Shown: positions 17,101 through 36,408, counted from the stretch's first letter. The stretch is DNA of 64,000 bases from the human T2T-CHM13v2.0 reference genome, Homo sapiens (GCF_009914755.1 NC_060944.1), one strand, 5' to 3'. Notes: generated from the letters alone by a model not told the origin. Program-made: numbers and translations.

Positions 17101-17464
17101 GTGTATTAATCTGTTCTTATGCTGCTTATAAAGACATACCCAAGACTGGGTAATTTATGCAGGAAAGATGTTTAATTGACTCACAATTCCACATGGCTGA
17201 GGAGGCCTCACAATCATGGCCGAAAACAAATGAGAAGCAAAGTCACGTCTTACATGGCGGCAGGCAAGAGAGCTTGTGTAGGAACTCCCCTTTATAAACC
17301 CATCAGATCTTGCAAGACTTATTTAACACTATCATGAGAACAGCATGAGAAAGACCCACCCCCATGATTCAATTACCTCCCACCTGGTTCCTCCCATGAC
17401 ACATGGGAATTATGGGAGCTACAATTCAAGATGAGATTTGAGTGGATACACAGCCAAACCACAT
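17101..17464 (-). mobile_element. THE1 (MaLR) LTR
   Basis: TGTATTAATCTGTTCTTATGCTGCT..AAAGACATACCCAAGACTGGG..ACACAGCCAAACCACATCA. Confidence 0.9.
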
Positions 17465-18464
17465 CAAGTGGGATAGGTGATCCATCATATCCCATTAGTG
17501 TCCCACCATTGCTCTTCTGGAATACTGCAAGAAACTTCCATCTGGTCAATCCATATGTACCTTTGCCTCTCTTTACCCTGCAGCCACAATGCAAATTCTT
17601 TTAAAAAGCTAAACATGCATGAATAGCCAAAAAATTTAAAAGAAGGAACTAGCCTTCTCAAATGTGAAAACATTTTTAATTCTATAGTAATTAAAGCAGC
17701 AAAAAAGGCATAGACAAAAGAAAAGAGTACAGTCCATAAATAGATATAAATGCCTATGGAAATTGAGTATATGGCGAAGGTGGCATTGCAAACCCATAAG
17801 GGAAAGGTGGAGGTTTTAGCAACTGCTCTTATTCACTGGCTCCCCACACTGGGGGAGGGAGAGTGAAAAAGGCTGGATTCCCCATCTTATTTCTCATATC
17901 AAAATGAATATTAGATGGATTAAACACTCAAAAAAATAAAATAACAAAAATGCTAGAATAAAACACAGGTGATATGGATACCTAAATAGAGATATCTATA
18001 TAGAGATATATTGGAACAGGGAAGATTTTTCTAAGACTGACACAAAACCTAAAAACCATAAAGGACAAATTTGATAAAAATAACTGCCTAGCCATACGCA
18101 AGATCAGAACTAGGAAAAATACTTAGAACACGTCTAACAGAGGAACTTTTTCAAGAAACAAGTTGTACAAATTATTAGAAAAACAACCGAATGGAAGCAT
18201 TGACAAAAGACATGAACAGGTGGTTAAGAATATATATAGAATATATATATATATGTAAAATGATCATGAAATCACGTGCCACTACACTCAAACATAAGGA
18301 ACTACAACTTTGAACACCAATGAGATATTCTTTGTTTTTGCGTTTTGTTTCTTGATTCTTACATTTTGTAGGGCTGTAAAAAGTTAAAAGGAATCTAGTG
18401 CTGGCCACGATGCGGAGAGAAAAATGCTCCGATTGACTCTCAGTGGGAATGTAAATTGCTATAG

Positions 18465-18834
<370 letters not shown>

Positions 18835-19758
18835 TCATCCTACTGAATTCCAAGCTTTAGTCATTTTTGGGTACACCACTTTTATACTTTTTTACTTACC
18901 TGTATGTCACATGCACTATTATAAATTTAATTTTGTTCATTTAATCCACTTTTAAATTGTAAATATTTATATAGGCTTGTGCTATGTAATCTATGGGAAA
19001 GCACAGATTAGATGTAGTCATCCCAGGACTGCGACCAAATCTCCACTACAGCTAGGGCCGCAGCAGTGAACCAGACCTGGAAGATCTCCTGCTAGTGAGG
19101 GGTGATGGACAAAAGCAAGTCCATTTCAAATAGTGAGAAGCACCCTGGGATAATAAAGAATGACATGGTAGTGCCTGGGGTGGCCACTCTGGACAGACTG
19201 GTGTGAGGAAGACTCTGAAGAAGTGGCATTTGAGCTTTCAGCTGCAGGAGTCACAGGGCCAGGCAGACAATGGCTGGAGCATCCAGTCAGAGGGAACAAT
19301 ATGTGCAAAGTTAGTGCAAACTCAGCCTGGGATGAGCTGAAGTGTCTGGATAGAGGGAGTCCCATGTGGCTGGAGGACAACCCTCAGAGGCAGAGGGGTA
19401 GATGAATTTCAGAAGCAGGCTATGGTTTTTTAGGCCAAGGGAAGGAATTTGAATTTTATTCTAAGAACAATGTGAAGTGATTTAAGGATTTTAAGCAAGA
19501 GAATAAGATAGGTGTTCAAATTTATGGAAATTTATGGCTAACATTTTTAAGTGCTGGTAAAGGATGAATTACCTAAATATCCAATAAATGGTGAGATCCC
19601 TACCTCACATTATACACAGAGAAAAAACTTCAGATGGATTAAGGATCTAAATGTAAAAAATAACACTATAAGAGTTACAGATGACAATATACCTAAGTGT
19701 TTTTACAGTCCTGCATGAGAAAGGCCTTCCTAAAACCGATAGCAATGCGAAATAATAA

Positions 19759-20815
<1,057 letters not shown>

Positions 20816-22053
20816 CTCAAAATACTTGTTTATTCCTTTTCCCCTCTCAATTCTCATTCTGTCAGGTCACTTCACAGTACATGGCTCTCTCTCACTTTGC
20901 TTTCTTTCTCTAGTGGAAAATCACCCTCCCTGTGTATCTGAGAACTCAGTCCTCATGAGCAAGGTCACAGTCAGAGAAAGAACATATTAAGGCCATCTGA
21001 ATGATGGCCCCTTTGGGATAGATGATTCTCTCTGCAAATATGCTTGTGGACCAGACCAGGCCTGTTTGCTTGTTTAACACCCGAAGGCCTTATTCTCTCA
21101 TTGCCTTTTTCTTAAATCCCCGAAAGCTGTGCATCAGAGATAGCAGTTTTACCAGCAACCGAACCAAGAGTTCTCCAAATCCTCCCAAGTGAATCCTTTC
21201 CATCTGCTGTCTCAGTAGGCAGTGCACTGACGAAGGCACACAGTTTAGCATTCCTGCTCTCTTTGTTATTTTCTCCTCTTCCTTCAGCATTTGCAGCTGA
21301 ATGTCAGATGCCTTAAGCACATATTATTTCACCAGGATGTAATTAATGTGTATTCAAACTGTGGGACTTTTCTGGTTGCCCTTACAAGCTCCTCCTGGGA
21401 TCCTGATTAATTATTGTTACATTGTTTCTCTAGAAGGCATGAGGACCATTAGGATGTCAGGTGCGCAATTGTCCGTTGCTCTAGTTAGAATCCCGGTATG
21501 CAAAAATGTCTAACCCTGCCCTGATTTTCACATTATTTTCCCACTATCTCATATCCTCAAGCCCTCTCCTTTTTCCTCTCTCTTTTTCACCATATATTTA
21601 AAGGTCTTCATTATTTTAAGAAAATTGTGCACACACACATATTCATGCACTTTTAAAAACTTGATTTAATCATGGTTTACTTCTGTTCAGCTTTTCCTCT
21701 CCCCTTTGGTACCATCTTCTAGACCCACAACCAAAACACAAGAAGCTGCTGGAATTTGGAAGACCTAGGTTGGGAACCCCTGGCTTAAACCAACAAGCAT
21801 GTGGTAAAAATCCTGAGGCAACTTCCAGTTTCAGGAGAAGATGTTATAGACTTACTTTTTCTGGCTTCTTGTTAAACACAACCAAGTACCACGGAAAGAA
21901 TTCAGCAATCATAAAAGGACTCTGAATGGCAGAAAGAAGATGGATGGACTAGGGACTCAGGACTTGAAGAATAACCCAACAGTTGGTTTTCTGGATTTTC
22001 TTTATCTTCCATATATCCTGGACACCAGCCAGCCTGAAACCACAGACAGGCAT

Positions 22054-22215
22054 AGGAGAGAGAAAGAGAGGGAAGGGAGGGGAGGGAAGGGGGAAGAAGG
22101 GGGAAGGGGGAAGAAGGGGGAAGGGGGAAGGGGGAAGAAGGGGGAAGGGGGAAGGGGGAAGAAGGGGGAAGGGGGAAGGGGGAGGAAGGGGGAAGAAGGG
22201 GGAAGGGGGAAGGGG
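22054..22215 (+). repeat. Pure-purine (GGGGGAA)n / AAG minisatellite
   Basis: 162 consecutive purines; 7-nt units with AAG inserts give a ~24-nt higher-order period. Confidence 0.95.
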
Positions 22216-23994
22216 TCTTCTCCCTCTGGCTAAGGGACCAGGAAAGGAGAACTCAGTGAGGAGAGCCACACCCAGTGGCAGTGGTGGACCCAATCTGCTC
22301 ACAGCACTAGCACCAGCAGAAATGAGCTTCCAACCACTCCCCTACTCCACAGCCACAGACAGCAGCAGGCCAGTATCCCTGCAGCAGTGGCAACAGAAGA
22401 ATCCAAACGGGCCAACCCACTTCACATCCCATCTCCACCAGCAGCAGGGGGCTCAATCTGCCCGTATTAGTGGTAACAGTGAAACCCATGCAGGCCAGGT
22501 CATCTACTGCTCCACACCAGGTGACAGCAGGTAGGCTCCTTCACTTGCACAAGCAGTGCCAGCAGGTCTGGTGTCTTTCAGCCATTCACGCAGAGGCAGA
22601 AGGCGATCTAGGGCATCCCCCACACCCACATAATGACACCAGTCAACCTAGAGCAGTGCCTTCTGCCTCTGTAGGCACCATATGTAGCAACCCAGTAGGA
22701 GCTTAAGCAGAGCCCCAAGAGCAAAGCAGACCAGAATAGCACTGCGAAGGCTCAGAAAACACAACTGTCGTTAAAACTATAGCCCACAAAAGTAGGCAAA
22801 ACTGACACCATAAACCTAAACAGGGCGGTTGCCTGCTAAAATAGAAGATTTATACAGAATCAAGAGTCTCGTAACATAATGTGCAGAATGTCCAGGATAC
22901 AATTGAAAATGACTTGTCATACCAAGAACCAGGAAAATCACAACTGGAGCGAGAAAAGGCAATCAGCTGACATTGATAGTGAGATGAATCAGATGGTGGA
23001 ACTATCTGCAAAGATTTTAAAGCAACTCCCATAATGTAGTTTCAGTAAGCAGTTATAAAATCCTTTGAAACATGAAAAAATAGAAAACCTCAGCAAATAA
23101 ATAGAAGTTACAAAAAGAACCAAATGGAAATCACAGAATTGAAACATGCAGCAACAAAATTTAAAAACTCACCAGGTGGGCTCAGCGGTAGCGTGGAGAT
23201 GACAAAAGATAAAGTCACTGACCTTGAGGACAATTCCACTGAATTTATTCAATTTGATCAACAGAGAGAAGACGGATGAGGTAGAGGATGGGAGGGAAGG
23301 AAGGAACTACGAGACAATAACAGAAGACCTAACATTCAGAGCCCCAGAAAGACTCCAGAAAGATTTGAGGGCTAAACAAGTATTCAAAACATAAGGGCTG
23401 AAAACTTCCCAAATTTGGTGAAAGACAGAAACCTACAGATTCACAAAGCTAAGTGAACCCGAAATAGGACTGATCAAAAGAAATCCTCACCAAAACACAT
23501 TATAATTAAACTTCTGAAGATGAAAGAAAAAAATCTTAAGAGCAACCAAGGAGGAATGCATTATCTATAGGCAAATACCAATTTGAATGAGAACAGATTT
23601 TTCATCTGAAACCAGGGAGGCCAGAATGAAGTGGCTCAACATTTTTCAAGTGCTGAAAGAGAAGAACTGTCAACCATGAATTCTACATACAGTGAAACTG
23701 TATTTTAAGAATGAAGGAGAAATAAGACAATGTGTGGCCAGCAGTCCTACCCTTAAAGAATGCCTAAAGGAAGCTCTCCAAACAGAAAAGAAATGCCAAA
23801 AGAAGACTGGAAGTTCAGAAAAGAAAGAACAACAGAAGGGATAAAAAGAAAAGAAAATATAATAGACTATTCTTCTCCTTATGAGTTTCTTAACTCATAT
23901 TTGATAGCTGAGGCAAAAAATACAACATCTATTGTGGTGCTTAATAGATGCAGAGGAAATACTTGAGGTAATTATACTTAAAAAGAGAGGCAGG

Positions 23995-25292
<1,298 letters not shown>

Positions 25293-26064
25293 AGGTAAAG
25301 GGACCTAAATGGAAGTAGTGTTTCAGTATGTCACTGAGTGATAAAATGTCAATATAGGATGCTGCAATAAAATATGTGTATATATTTTAACACCTAGAGC
25401 AACAACTTAAAAAAAACTATACAAAATGATTTATGCAAACACATATAAATAAAACACCAAGGTGACACCCTCAAAAATGTTCAAGTAACTCCTAGAAAGG
25501 CAAATAAAAAACAGATTAAAGAAATACTAAAATGGCAAACTTAAGCCCTGACATATCATTAATCACTTTAAATGTATACAGTCCAAATACACAAATTACA
25601 GTATAGATATTGTCAGAATACTCCCCTCCCACAAAAAACAAAAAACCATGGCCCTACTATATACTGTCTAAAAGAAACTAACTTCAAATATAACAACAGG
25701 TAGGTTTAAATTCAGGGAATGGAAAAATATATATTACACTAACATTAATTAATTGTAAAAAAATGGGAGTAGTGGCTCACTGTAAAAAAGTGGGAGTGGT
25801 GCCTGTAATCCCAGTGCTTTGGGGGGCCAAGATGAGAGAATCACTTGAGGTCAGGAGTTTGAGACTAGCCTGGGCAATATAGCCAGACCCCATCTCTTAA
25901 AAAATATATTTTTTCAATTAGCCGGGCATAGTGGCACAAGCCTGTTAGTCCTAGCTACTAGGGAGGCTGAGGTGGAAGGTTGTTTGGGCCCAGGAGTTCA
26001 AGGCTACAGTGAGCTATAATTGCACCACCGCAATCCAGCCTGGGTGACAGTGAGACCCTATTTC

Positions 26065-26099
<35 letters not shown>

Positions 26100-27787
26100 A
26101 CAAAAAACAGGGGTGACTATATTGATATCATATAAAATGAACTTCAAAGCAAAGAAAACATATTACACAATTATGAAACAATCAATCTGACAAAGCAATC
26201 TTAAATGTATATGCACCAAACAACAGAACTCCACAATTATAGTTTGGGAAATTCAGCACCCTGCTCTCAGCAATTAATATAACTACTTGACATAAAATTA
26301 GCAAATATATAGAAGAAATGAACAACACCATCAATCAACAAGATTTAACTGATATTTATAGAATATTCTATCCAGCAATAGTAGAACATACATTCTGTAC
26401 AAGCCTCCAAAAAGCATTCGGCAAGATAGACAATAACCTGAATGATAAAACAAACCTCAATAAATTTAAAATAATTGAAATCATACAGAGATTTTCTTCA
26501 ATCATAATGGAATCAAAATAGAAATCAATAACAGAATATAACAGGAATGTCTTCAAACACTTGGAAATTAAGTAACACACTTCTAAATAAATGAACAAAC
26601 TTCTAAACCCATGAGTCAAAGGTGAAGTCTAAAAGTGTTGCAGGGGAGACACACAGAAATGAATTAAAATGAAAAAATACATCATTTTAAAGAAGGGTGT
26701 AGCTTAAGTAGTGCTGAGTGGGAAATTTATAACACTAAATGCTTGCGTTAGAAATTAGGAAAGCAAATTCAAATTTAAGTTCTTAGTTCAAGAAATTAGA
26801 AAAAGAAGAACAAAATAGATCCAAAGTAAGCAGAAAGTAGGAAATAATAAAAATAAGAGCAGAAATCAACAAATGTGAGAAAAAGAAAACAATACAGGAA
26901 ATCAGACAGGGCAAAGTGGCTCACACCTGTAATCTCAGCACTTTAAGAGGCGGAGGAGGGAGAATTACTTGACCTCAGGAGGTCAAGGCTACAGTGAGCC
27001 ACATGTGCACTACTATACTCCAGCCTGGGTGACAGTGTGAGACTCTGTCTCAAAAAAAAATAAGAAGAAGAATAAAAAAGAAAATAAAAGAAAATCAGTG
27101 AAACCAAAAGCTAGTTCTTCAAAAATAGAGAAACTGTAAAAATCACCGATATCACTATTCTGTATGATAGTGGATACATAAACTTACACATGTGTGACAA
27201 AATTGCATAGAACTAAATATGCACAAGTGAGTACAAGTCAAAATGGAGAAATTGGCATAAGAGCTATCAGTATCAATGGCAATATCCTTGTTGTAGATAT
27301 TATACTACAGTTTTGCATAATGATATCATTGAAGGAAACTGGGTAAAGGATAAACAAGATCTCTGTCAGTTTTTACAACTGCACATTTGTCTACATTTAT
27401 CTCAAAATAAAAAGGTTAATTTTAAAATGTTGAGGGTCAACAAGTTGGGCCAGTTTCATCTGAGCAGTTGGGGTCACTCATGCAGTTTCAGTCATCTGCT
27501 ATATCACCTGGTGTTGAATGCTCCAAGATGGCCTTGTTTGCATTTCTGGTAGTTAGGGCTGGTGTTGACTGGGGCATTACATGGAGGTAGAGTTCCTAGA
27601 GGGCATATCCCACCACACAAGCACTTTTCAAGCCTCTGCTTACATCACATGCCCCATTGGCCAAAGCAAGTCACATGGCCATACTCAGAGTCATTATGGG
27701 AAAGCACTACACACGGGCATGTAACACAAGGAGGCATGATTCATTGGCAGCCATTTCTAAAATGATCTCCCACAAAGGGTGAGAATA

Positions 27788-28624
<837 letters not shown>

Positions 28625-28964
28625 TGACCTGTGAAGAAACAGGCAGGGCATTTGGGCATCCATTGTGTTGAAGCTGAGGCAATTGGAAATAGCATATTTC
28701 TGGAGGGGTGGCAACAACAGCTTCTCGACTGTGGCAGAGGTGGTGTGATTCAGGGCTTGGTGAGGGTGAGGGTGGTTTCCTGACCAGGATGAAGGAAGCC
28801 TCGTACAGAAGTCAGAGGCAGCCACATTTCCCTTGCCATTCTAGTTCTGTGGTGTGAGCTGGAAAGTTGTTGCTATAATCCCAGCCTATAGCTTATTCCT
28901 GTAGCCCTTTCAACATTTTGATGCATTTCTAGCAAATCCCAGTTCCTTAAATTAGCTAGAGTGG

Positions 28965-29893
<929 letters not shown>

Positions 29894-30218
29894 GTGGATT
29901 CTGTTGTCTGCAGGTGGTAACGCTGGTGGATAAAAATCTCTTTTTGAATTATCAGCTATATGTCGGTCTTGCCTATTCAAAAATAAACAAAAATGTAATT
30001 TAAAAATGAATAATGTAAAAGGGTGTGATCTAAATCTTCCCCAATCCCTGTTTAATGTCTGTCTCCCAAGCAGTCCCTCTCCCTCCTGACCTTGACCTCT
30101 CATTTTTCCCTGAAGCACAATCTTGAGCCCTGCTTGATCCGTATGAAACCGCTATTTTTGTTGGTCAAAATAGCCAAGAACTAGCAATTCCATAGTCTTC
30201 AACTTCACACTTGCCATT

Positions 30219-30580
30219 TGTATTAGTCTGTTCTCAAGCTGCTAATAAAGACATACTTGAGACTGGGTAATTTATAAAGAAAAGAGGTTTAATTGACTCA
30301 CAGTTCCACATGGCTGATGAGGCCTCACACTCATGGCAGAAAGAAAATGAGGAGCGAAGTCACATCTTACGTGGTGACAGGTAAGAGAGCTTGTGCAGGG
30401 GAACTCCCATTTATAAAACCATCAGCTCTCATGAGACTTATTCACTACCGTGAGAACAGTAAGGAGGAAACTGACCCCATGATTCAATTATCTCTACCTG
30501 GTCCCTCTCACTGCACGTGGGAATTATGGGAGCTACAATTCAAGACGAGATTTGGGTGGGGACACAGCCAAACCATATCA
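30219..30580 (-). mobile_element. THE1 (MaLR) LTR
   Basis: TGTATTAGTCTGTTCTC..GCTGCTAATAAAGACATAC..CACAGCCAAACCATATCA. Confidence 0.9.
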
Positions 30581-31065
30581 TCATTCTTTGGAATTTATCT
30601 TCCCTCAAAACTCCAGCTATTATTCATCTGCCAATTTTCAAGTCTTTACCAAGTTTCTATCCTATATAACTCTAATTTCCCATGGAACATTCTACTCATA
30701 TGTGTCCTTGTCGCTTTAAAGAAAATGTATAGAAAATCAAATGTATCCTCTTTCCCACAAGTTAATATTCTCATTTGATGCCTCTAATCTATCCATGGCA
30801 CTAACATTTGCTGTCACTCAGGCTTGACGAAGTGTGGATTCATTATGACTTTTACTTCTAAATGTCTCACTGTATACAGCAAGAAGTGGTGGTTAAGAGC
30901 TGAGACACAGGAGGCGGCCTGCCTGGGTGTGAATTTTGACTTGGCCATTTATTAGTGTATGTCCTTGGGCATGTTATTTAACCTGACTGTGCCTCAGCTT
31001 CCTCAACTGTAAAACAGGAATAACAATAGTGCTTAGTTCAGGAGGCACAAATGAGTTCAGATTTT

Positions 31066-31278
31066 TACAGACAGTTCCTGACTTATAGCTCAACTTAAGG
31101 TTTTTTATCTTTACAATGGCATGAAATCATTCAGTACACTCCTCAACTTTTGATGGGATTACAATTTCATAAACCTATCATAAATTGAAAATATTCTAAA
31201 TCAAGCAACTTAAGATATTTTCAATTTATGATGGATTTATCGGGATATAACCTCATCTTAAATCAAGGAACATCTATA
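31066..31278. mobile_element. TcMar-Tigger-derived MITE (MER47-like)
   Basis: TA-flanked, with imperfect terminal inverted repeats (GTTCCTGACTTA ... TAAATCAAGGAAC). Confidence 0.5.
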
Positions 31279-31300
31279 TAGTATTCAGAACAGCACCTAG

Positions 31301-32033
<733 letters not shown>

Positions 32034-33353
32034 TCACTGTTGCTACCACGTTGATTTTCCCAAATCACCGAGGGTATCCTATCTCATCCCCCACAGAAAG
32101 CTCCTTAATGCCAACAAAAGGAAGCCCCACCACAGGTCCACACTGATCGAACCCAGATGTCCTGCCCTCTCCACATTTCTGAGACTGGACCCGCCAAAAC
32201 ATTCCTTTCCTTCTCTAGCTCCCACGGCTCTACCCAGCTACTCATTTGCACTTTAACTGCTACACAGCAGGACTGTCCTTTAACTGTTAACATGTGTACA
32301 TCTGCCTTCCTTGAACAGGCAGAAAGTTCTTGAAGGCTGGAGAGCTTATACCACCCATACCAGGCACAGAGTAGTGCTGGGTAAATAGCAACCAAGACGT
32401 AATTTTTTTCTGTATTCACACTTCCTTTTCAGCTTCCTGGTGGAGTCAGCTTGACAACATCTTTCTCTTTCCTACAACTGAAACTATAATTTTAAAACCA
32501 AGAGCAAGGGGCCAGTGTCGGAGATGGGTTCGTACCTTCTGAAAGACATCATGGTGGAAGGAAGAGTCCAGTTGCAGGCGTGAGAGGCTAAAGCACTTCC
32601 ATTAACGAGCAGGGTGTCCAGTGAGGCTCATCTACCTCCTCTGAACTTCATTTCCGTGTCTGCAAATGAGGACATTAACAAAGCTCCCGGTCCCCCTCAG
32701 GCTTAAACGTTCTGTGACAAATCTCTAAGAGGGTGGATTCGGGAAACTAATTTTCAAATTAATTGAGCAGTGTGGAGTTATTGCACGGAGAATTAAACTG
32801 CTGTCCATAACAGTTCATTTCCTGAGTTTGTTTATCAACCACTGTTTAATAGGCACTATTTATTCTGCAGTATCATGGGTGGAGTGCTATGGAGACACAG
32901 AAGTTGTATCTCACCAGATCCATAGCTTCAAAAAGTTTATTATGTAATTAGAGTTTATTATATAATAAAAGCTCACCAAGCTCATGATCTGGCAAATGGC
33001 ATTGTTTGTTTACCTAAGCCTTCTTTTGTAAAATAAGAAAGTTTTACTTGAATCATTATGTATAATACCCCTGGGAGCTGTGTGTTCTATGTGTCATTTC
33101 TATGTTATTTTATTTGAAATACACACACACACAGTATGTTTCAATGTAAACATATGCATTTAAAATGTATATTTTTAAATATCTCCATCAACAGGCTGAT
33201 TTTTAAAACTTTTCAATATACCAAATAATGTAGATTTTCAAATATACACAAAAATAGAGAGAATTGTATTATGAACTCCATGTACTGATCACCTACCTTC
33301 AACAGCCATCAGCTTTCTGCCATTCTTTTTCAGCAGATCCCACCACCACCTCC

Positions 33354-33356
<3 letters not shown>

Positions 33357-33398
<42 letters not shown>
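33357..33398 (+). repeat. (TG)n microsatellite
   Basis: About 21 perfect units. Confidence 0.95.
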
Positions 33399-33401
<3 letters not shown>

Positions 33402-33713
33402 CAAGACACTGCTCCTCAAGCTAAGGACTCTTTTGTTCAATTTCCGATCTGCCATGGACCAATACCAGCACACAGCTCACACCCAAGCCACACATAACAC
33501 ACTATGCAGGTTTGACAACACCCAAACTAAGTTCTATTCTCATTAGAGTCCACCACTCACTACTTGGATGCCATGGCAATGTCAAAGTACTATAGCCATT
33601 TCTAAATATTTGTTGTCAATTTCTGCACTTATTACAGACCAAGAGCACACAATTTGCAAACTGGCCCCAATCCTCAGACTTTGAGTAGTACTGCATGCGC
33701 TAGAGTATTTTAA

Positions 33714-33992
<279 letters not shown>

Positions 33993-35356
33993 TGAGCTCA
34001 AGCAATCTGCCCGCCTCGGCCTCCCAAAGTGCTGGGATTATAGGCATCAGCCATGGTGCCCAGCCTTGTACTTTTTAAAAACAACCAGAATATAATACTC
34101 CCAAGAAAATAATCAATAATTCCTGAACATCATCTACTATTTAGTCCATATTCAATTTTCCCCAGTTGTCTCAAAAATGCCTTCTTACAGTTGGTTTGTT
34201 TGAATCAGGATTCAAACAAGGATTTTGCATTTGGTTGACATACCTTTTAAGCCAAACTATAGTAGTCTCTCTCTCCTTTAAAAGCTGCTTTTAAGCCACT
34301 CTCCAAATAGATTGGTTTACCATTAACTATAAAAGGTTTCCTGACCCATATTGCTTCAAGCAGTTTTTCCATGCATTTGCTTTGTGCCACAGTGTGACTG
34401 TGGCTTAAAAACCAATTACTTCTTCCCCCTAAAAATGCCCATTATCTGTGCCTATTAGAGGCACATTTACATTCCCCAGACTTTTTGCCAGGGCACCAGA
34501 ACTATTTAGATTACCATGTATTAAAAAAGTGCCAGTCACTCTCACTGTCTTATCACCTCTGGTTCTCTTTGTCTCCAATGGGCCCATTCATTGAGCAGAT
34601 ATCTGTGCATGTTGTTAAATGAACCATGGATGTTCTTGCCCTTGATGTACCAGAGCAGTGTTTACCAGGTACATTCATTTCTTCGGGGACCTATGCAGAC
34701 ATATAGTGGGCATAGTGGGAAAGTGAGGAACTGAATATGACTTGAGATACTCAAGTGATTTGATTTGGACCAGACCCATCTGTGGCTGTCACACAATGAC
34801 ATCTTTTTCCATACTCGTCACCACTAAGGCTACAGGAGCTCAGGTAGCTTTGGGTCTTCACTGGCCAACATTTTAGGAAGAATCATAGAAAAATCATAGA
34901 ACAGAAAAATAATCTCAGCAACTATGCAGTCAAGCCCCCGAAGGGTTGGAGACAAAAGCCCCCACAGCTATCTAGATGCCTCCTGGACAAGGGCCCAGGT
35001 CTCTGACCTCCAGAGGAAGCTCTGTGTATATGGGATATCAATTTCTATGCCACTCAGGGTTCTCAGTTGCACATAACAGAAGAGGATTCTGGCTGACTTT
35101 AATAGAAGGATAGTAGGTGGCTAATAGAATTGACAGGATGGGTAACCAGGTTTTGAAATCAGGCAGGCTCTGAGGGAGGCCAGGCAGCAAGGACACAGCC
35201 TAGGCCATGCTTCAGGGGCAGTCTGGGTAGGATGTCCCTAACTGTGGCTCTGCTGCCACTCTGGCTGCTGGACATCAACACAACTGAACACAGGAGCCAG
35301 ATGCTGCGGCTGCTTGAAATTCTAAACTATCCCTGAGTCTCAATTAAAAGTCCTGG

Positions 35357-36348
35357 TGTAGGCAAAAGAAAGAGAGATCAGACGGCTGCTGTGTCTATGT
35401 AGAAAGGGAAGACATAAGAAACTCCATTTTGACCTGTACCCTGAACAATTGCTTTGCCCTGAGATGCTGTTAATCTGTAACTTTGCCCCAACCTTGAGCT
35501 CAGAGAAACATGTGTTATATGGAATCAAGGTTTGAGGGATCTAGGGCTGTACAGGATGTGTCTTGTTAACAAAATGTTTACAGGCAGTATGCTTGGTAAA
35601 AGTCATCGCCATTCTCCAGTCTCGATAAGCCAGAGGCACAATGCACTGCGGAAAGCCGCAGGGACCTCTGCCCTGGAAAGCCGGGTATTGTCCAAGGTTT
35701 CTCCCCATATGATGGTCTGAAATATGGCCTTGTGGGATGGGAAAGACCTGACTGTCCCCCAGCCTGACACCCGTGAAGGGTCTGTGCTGAGGAGGATTAG
35801 TAAAAGAGGAAAGCCTCTTGCAGTTGAGAAAGAGGAAGGCCACCGTCTCCTGCCTGCCCCTGGGAACCGAATATCTCGGTATAAAACCCGATTGTACATT
35901 TATTCTATTCTGAGATAGGAGAAAAACCGCCCTGTGGCGGGAGGCGAGACATGTTGGCAGCAACGCTGCTCTGTTATTCTTTACTCCACTGAGATATTTG
36001 GGTGGAGAAAAGCATAAATCTGGCTTACATGCACATCCAGGCATAGTACCTCCACTTGAACTTATTTGTGATACAGATTCCTTTGCTCACATGTTTTCTT
36101 GCTGATCTTCTCACTATTATCACCCTGCTCTCCTACCGCATTCCTCTTGCTGAGATAGTGAAAATAGTAATCAATAAAAACTGAGGGAACTCAGAGACCG
36201 GTGCTGGTGCTGGTCCTCTGTATGCTGAGCGCCGGTCCCCTGGGCCCACTGTTCTTTCTCTATACTTTGTGTCTTATTTCTTTTCTCAGTCTCTCGTCCC
36301 ACTTGACAAGATATACCCACAGGTGTGGAGGGGCAGGCCACCCCTTCA
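35357..36348 (+). mobile_element. HERV-K(HML-2) solo LTR (LTR5A/B type)
   Basis: Runs TGTAGGCAAAAGAAAGAGAGATCAGAC ... GGGGCAGGCCACCCCTTCA, 992 bp. Perfect 6-bp TSD TCCTGG at 35351-35356 and 36349-36354; TATAAAA at 35880-35886; AATAAA at 36173-36178. Inserted into an older MLT1-type LTR. Confidence 0.93.
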
Positions 36349-36389
36349 TCCTGGGTGGGAGCATTTGATTTGCTGAGACTAGATAATAT

Positions 36390-36408
36390 GACTGCCCTCT
36401 AGTGGCCA
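36390..36408 (-). promoter_or_regulatory. Candidate CTCF-binding motif
   Basis: Minus strand reads TGGCCACTAGAGGGCAGTC, a close match to the CTCF core (TGGCCACCAGRGGGCGCT). Confidence 0.6.

Noticed and set aside
21940-22534. G/K/E/R-rich and P-rich repetitive ORFs
   Set aside because: Produced by the purine minisatellite inside an L1 remnant.
35532-36044. ORFs of up to 167 aa in the LTR5
   Set aside because: They lie entirely within a solo LTR; no gag/pol/env sequence is present.
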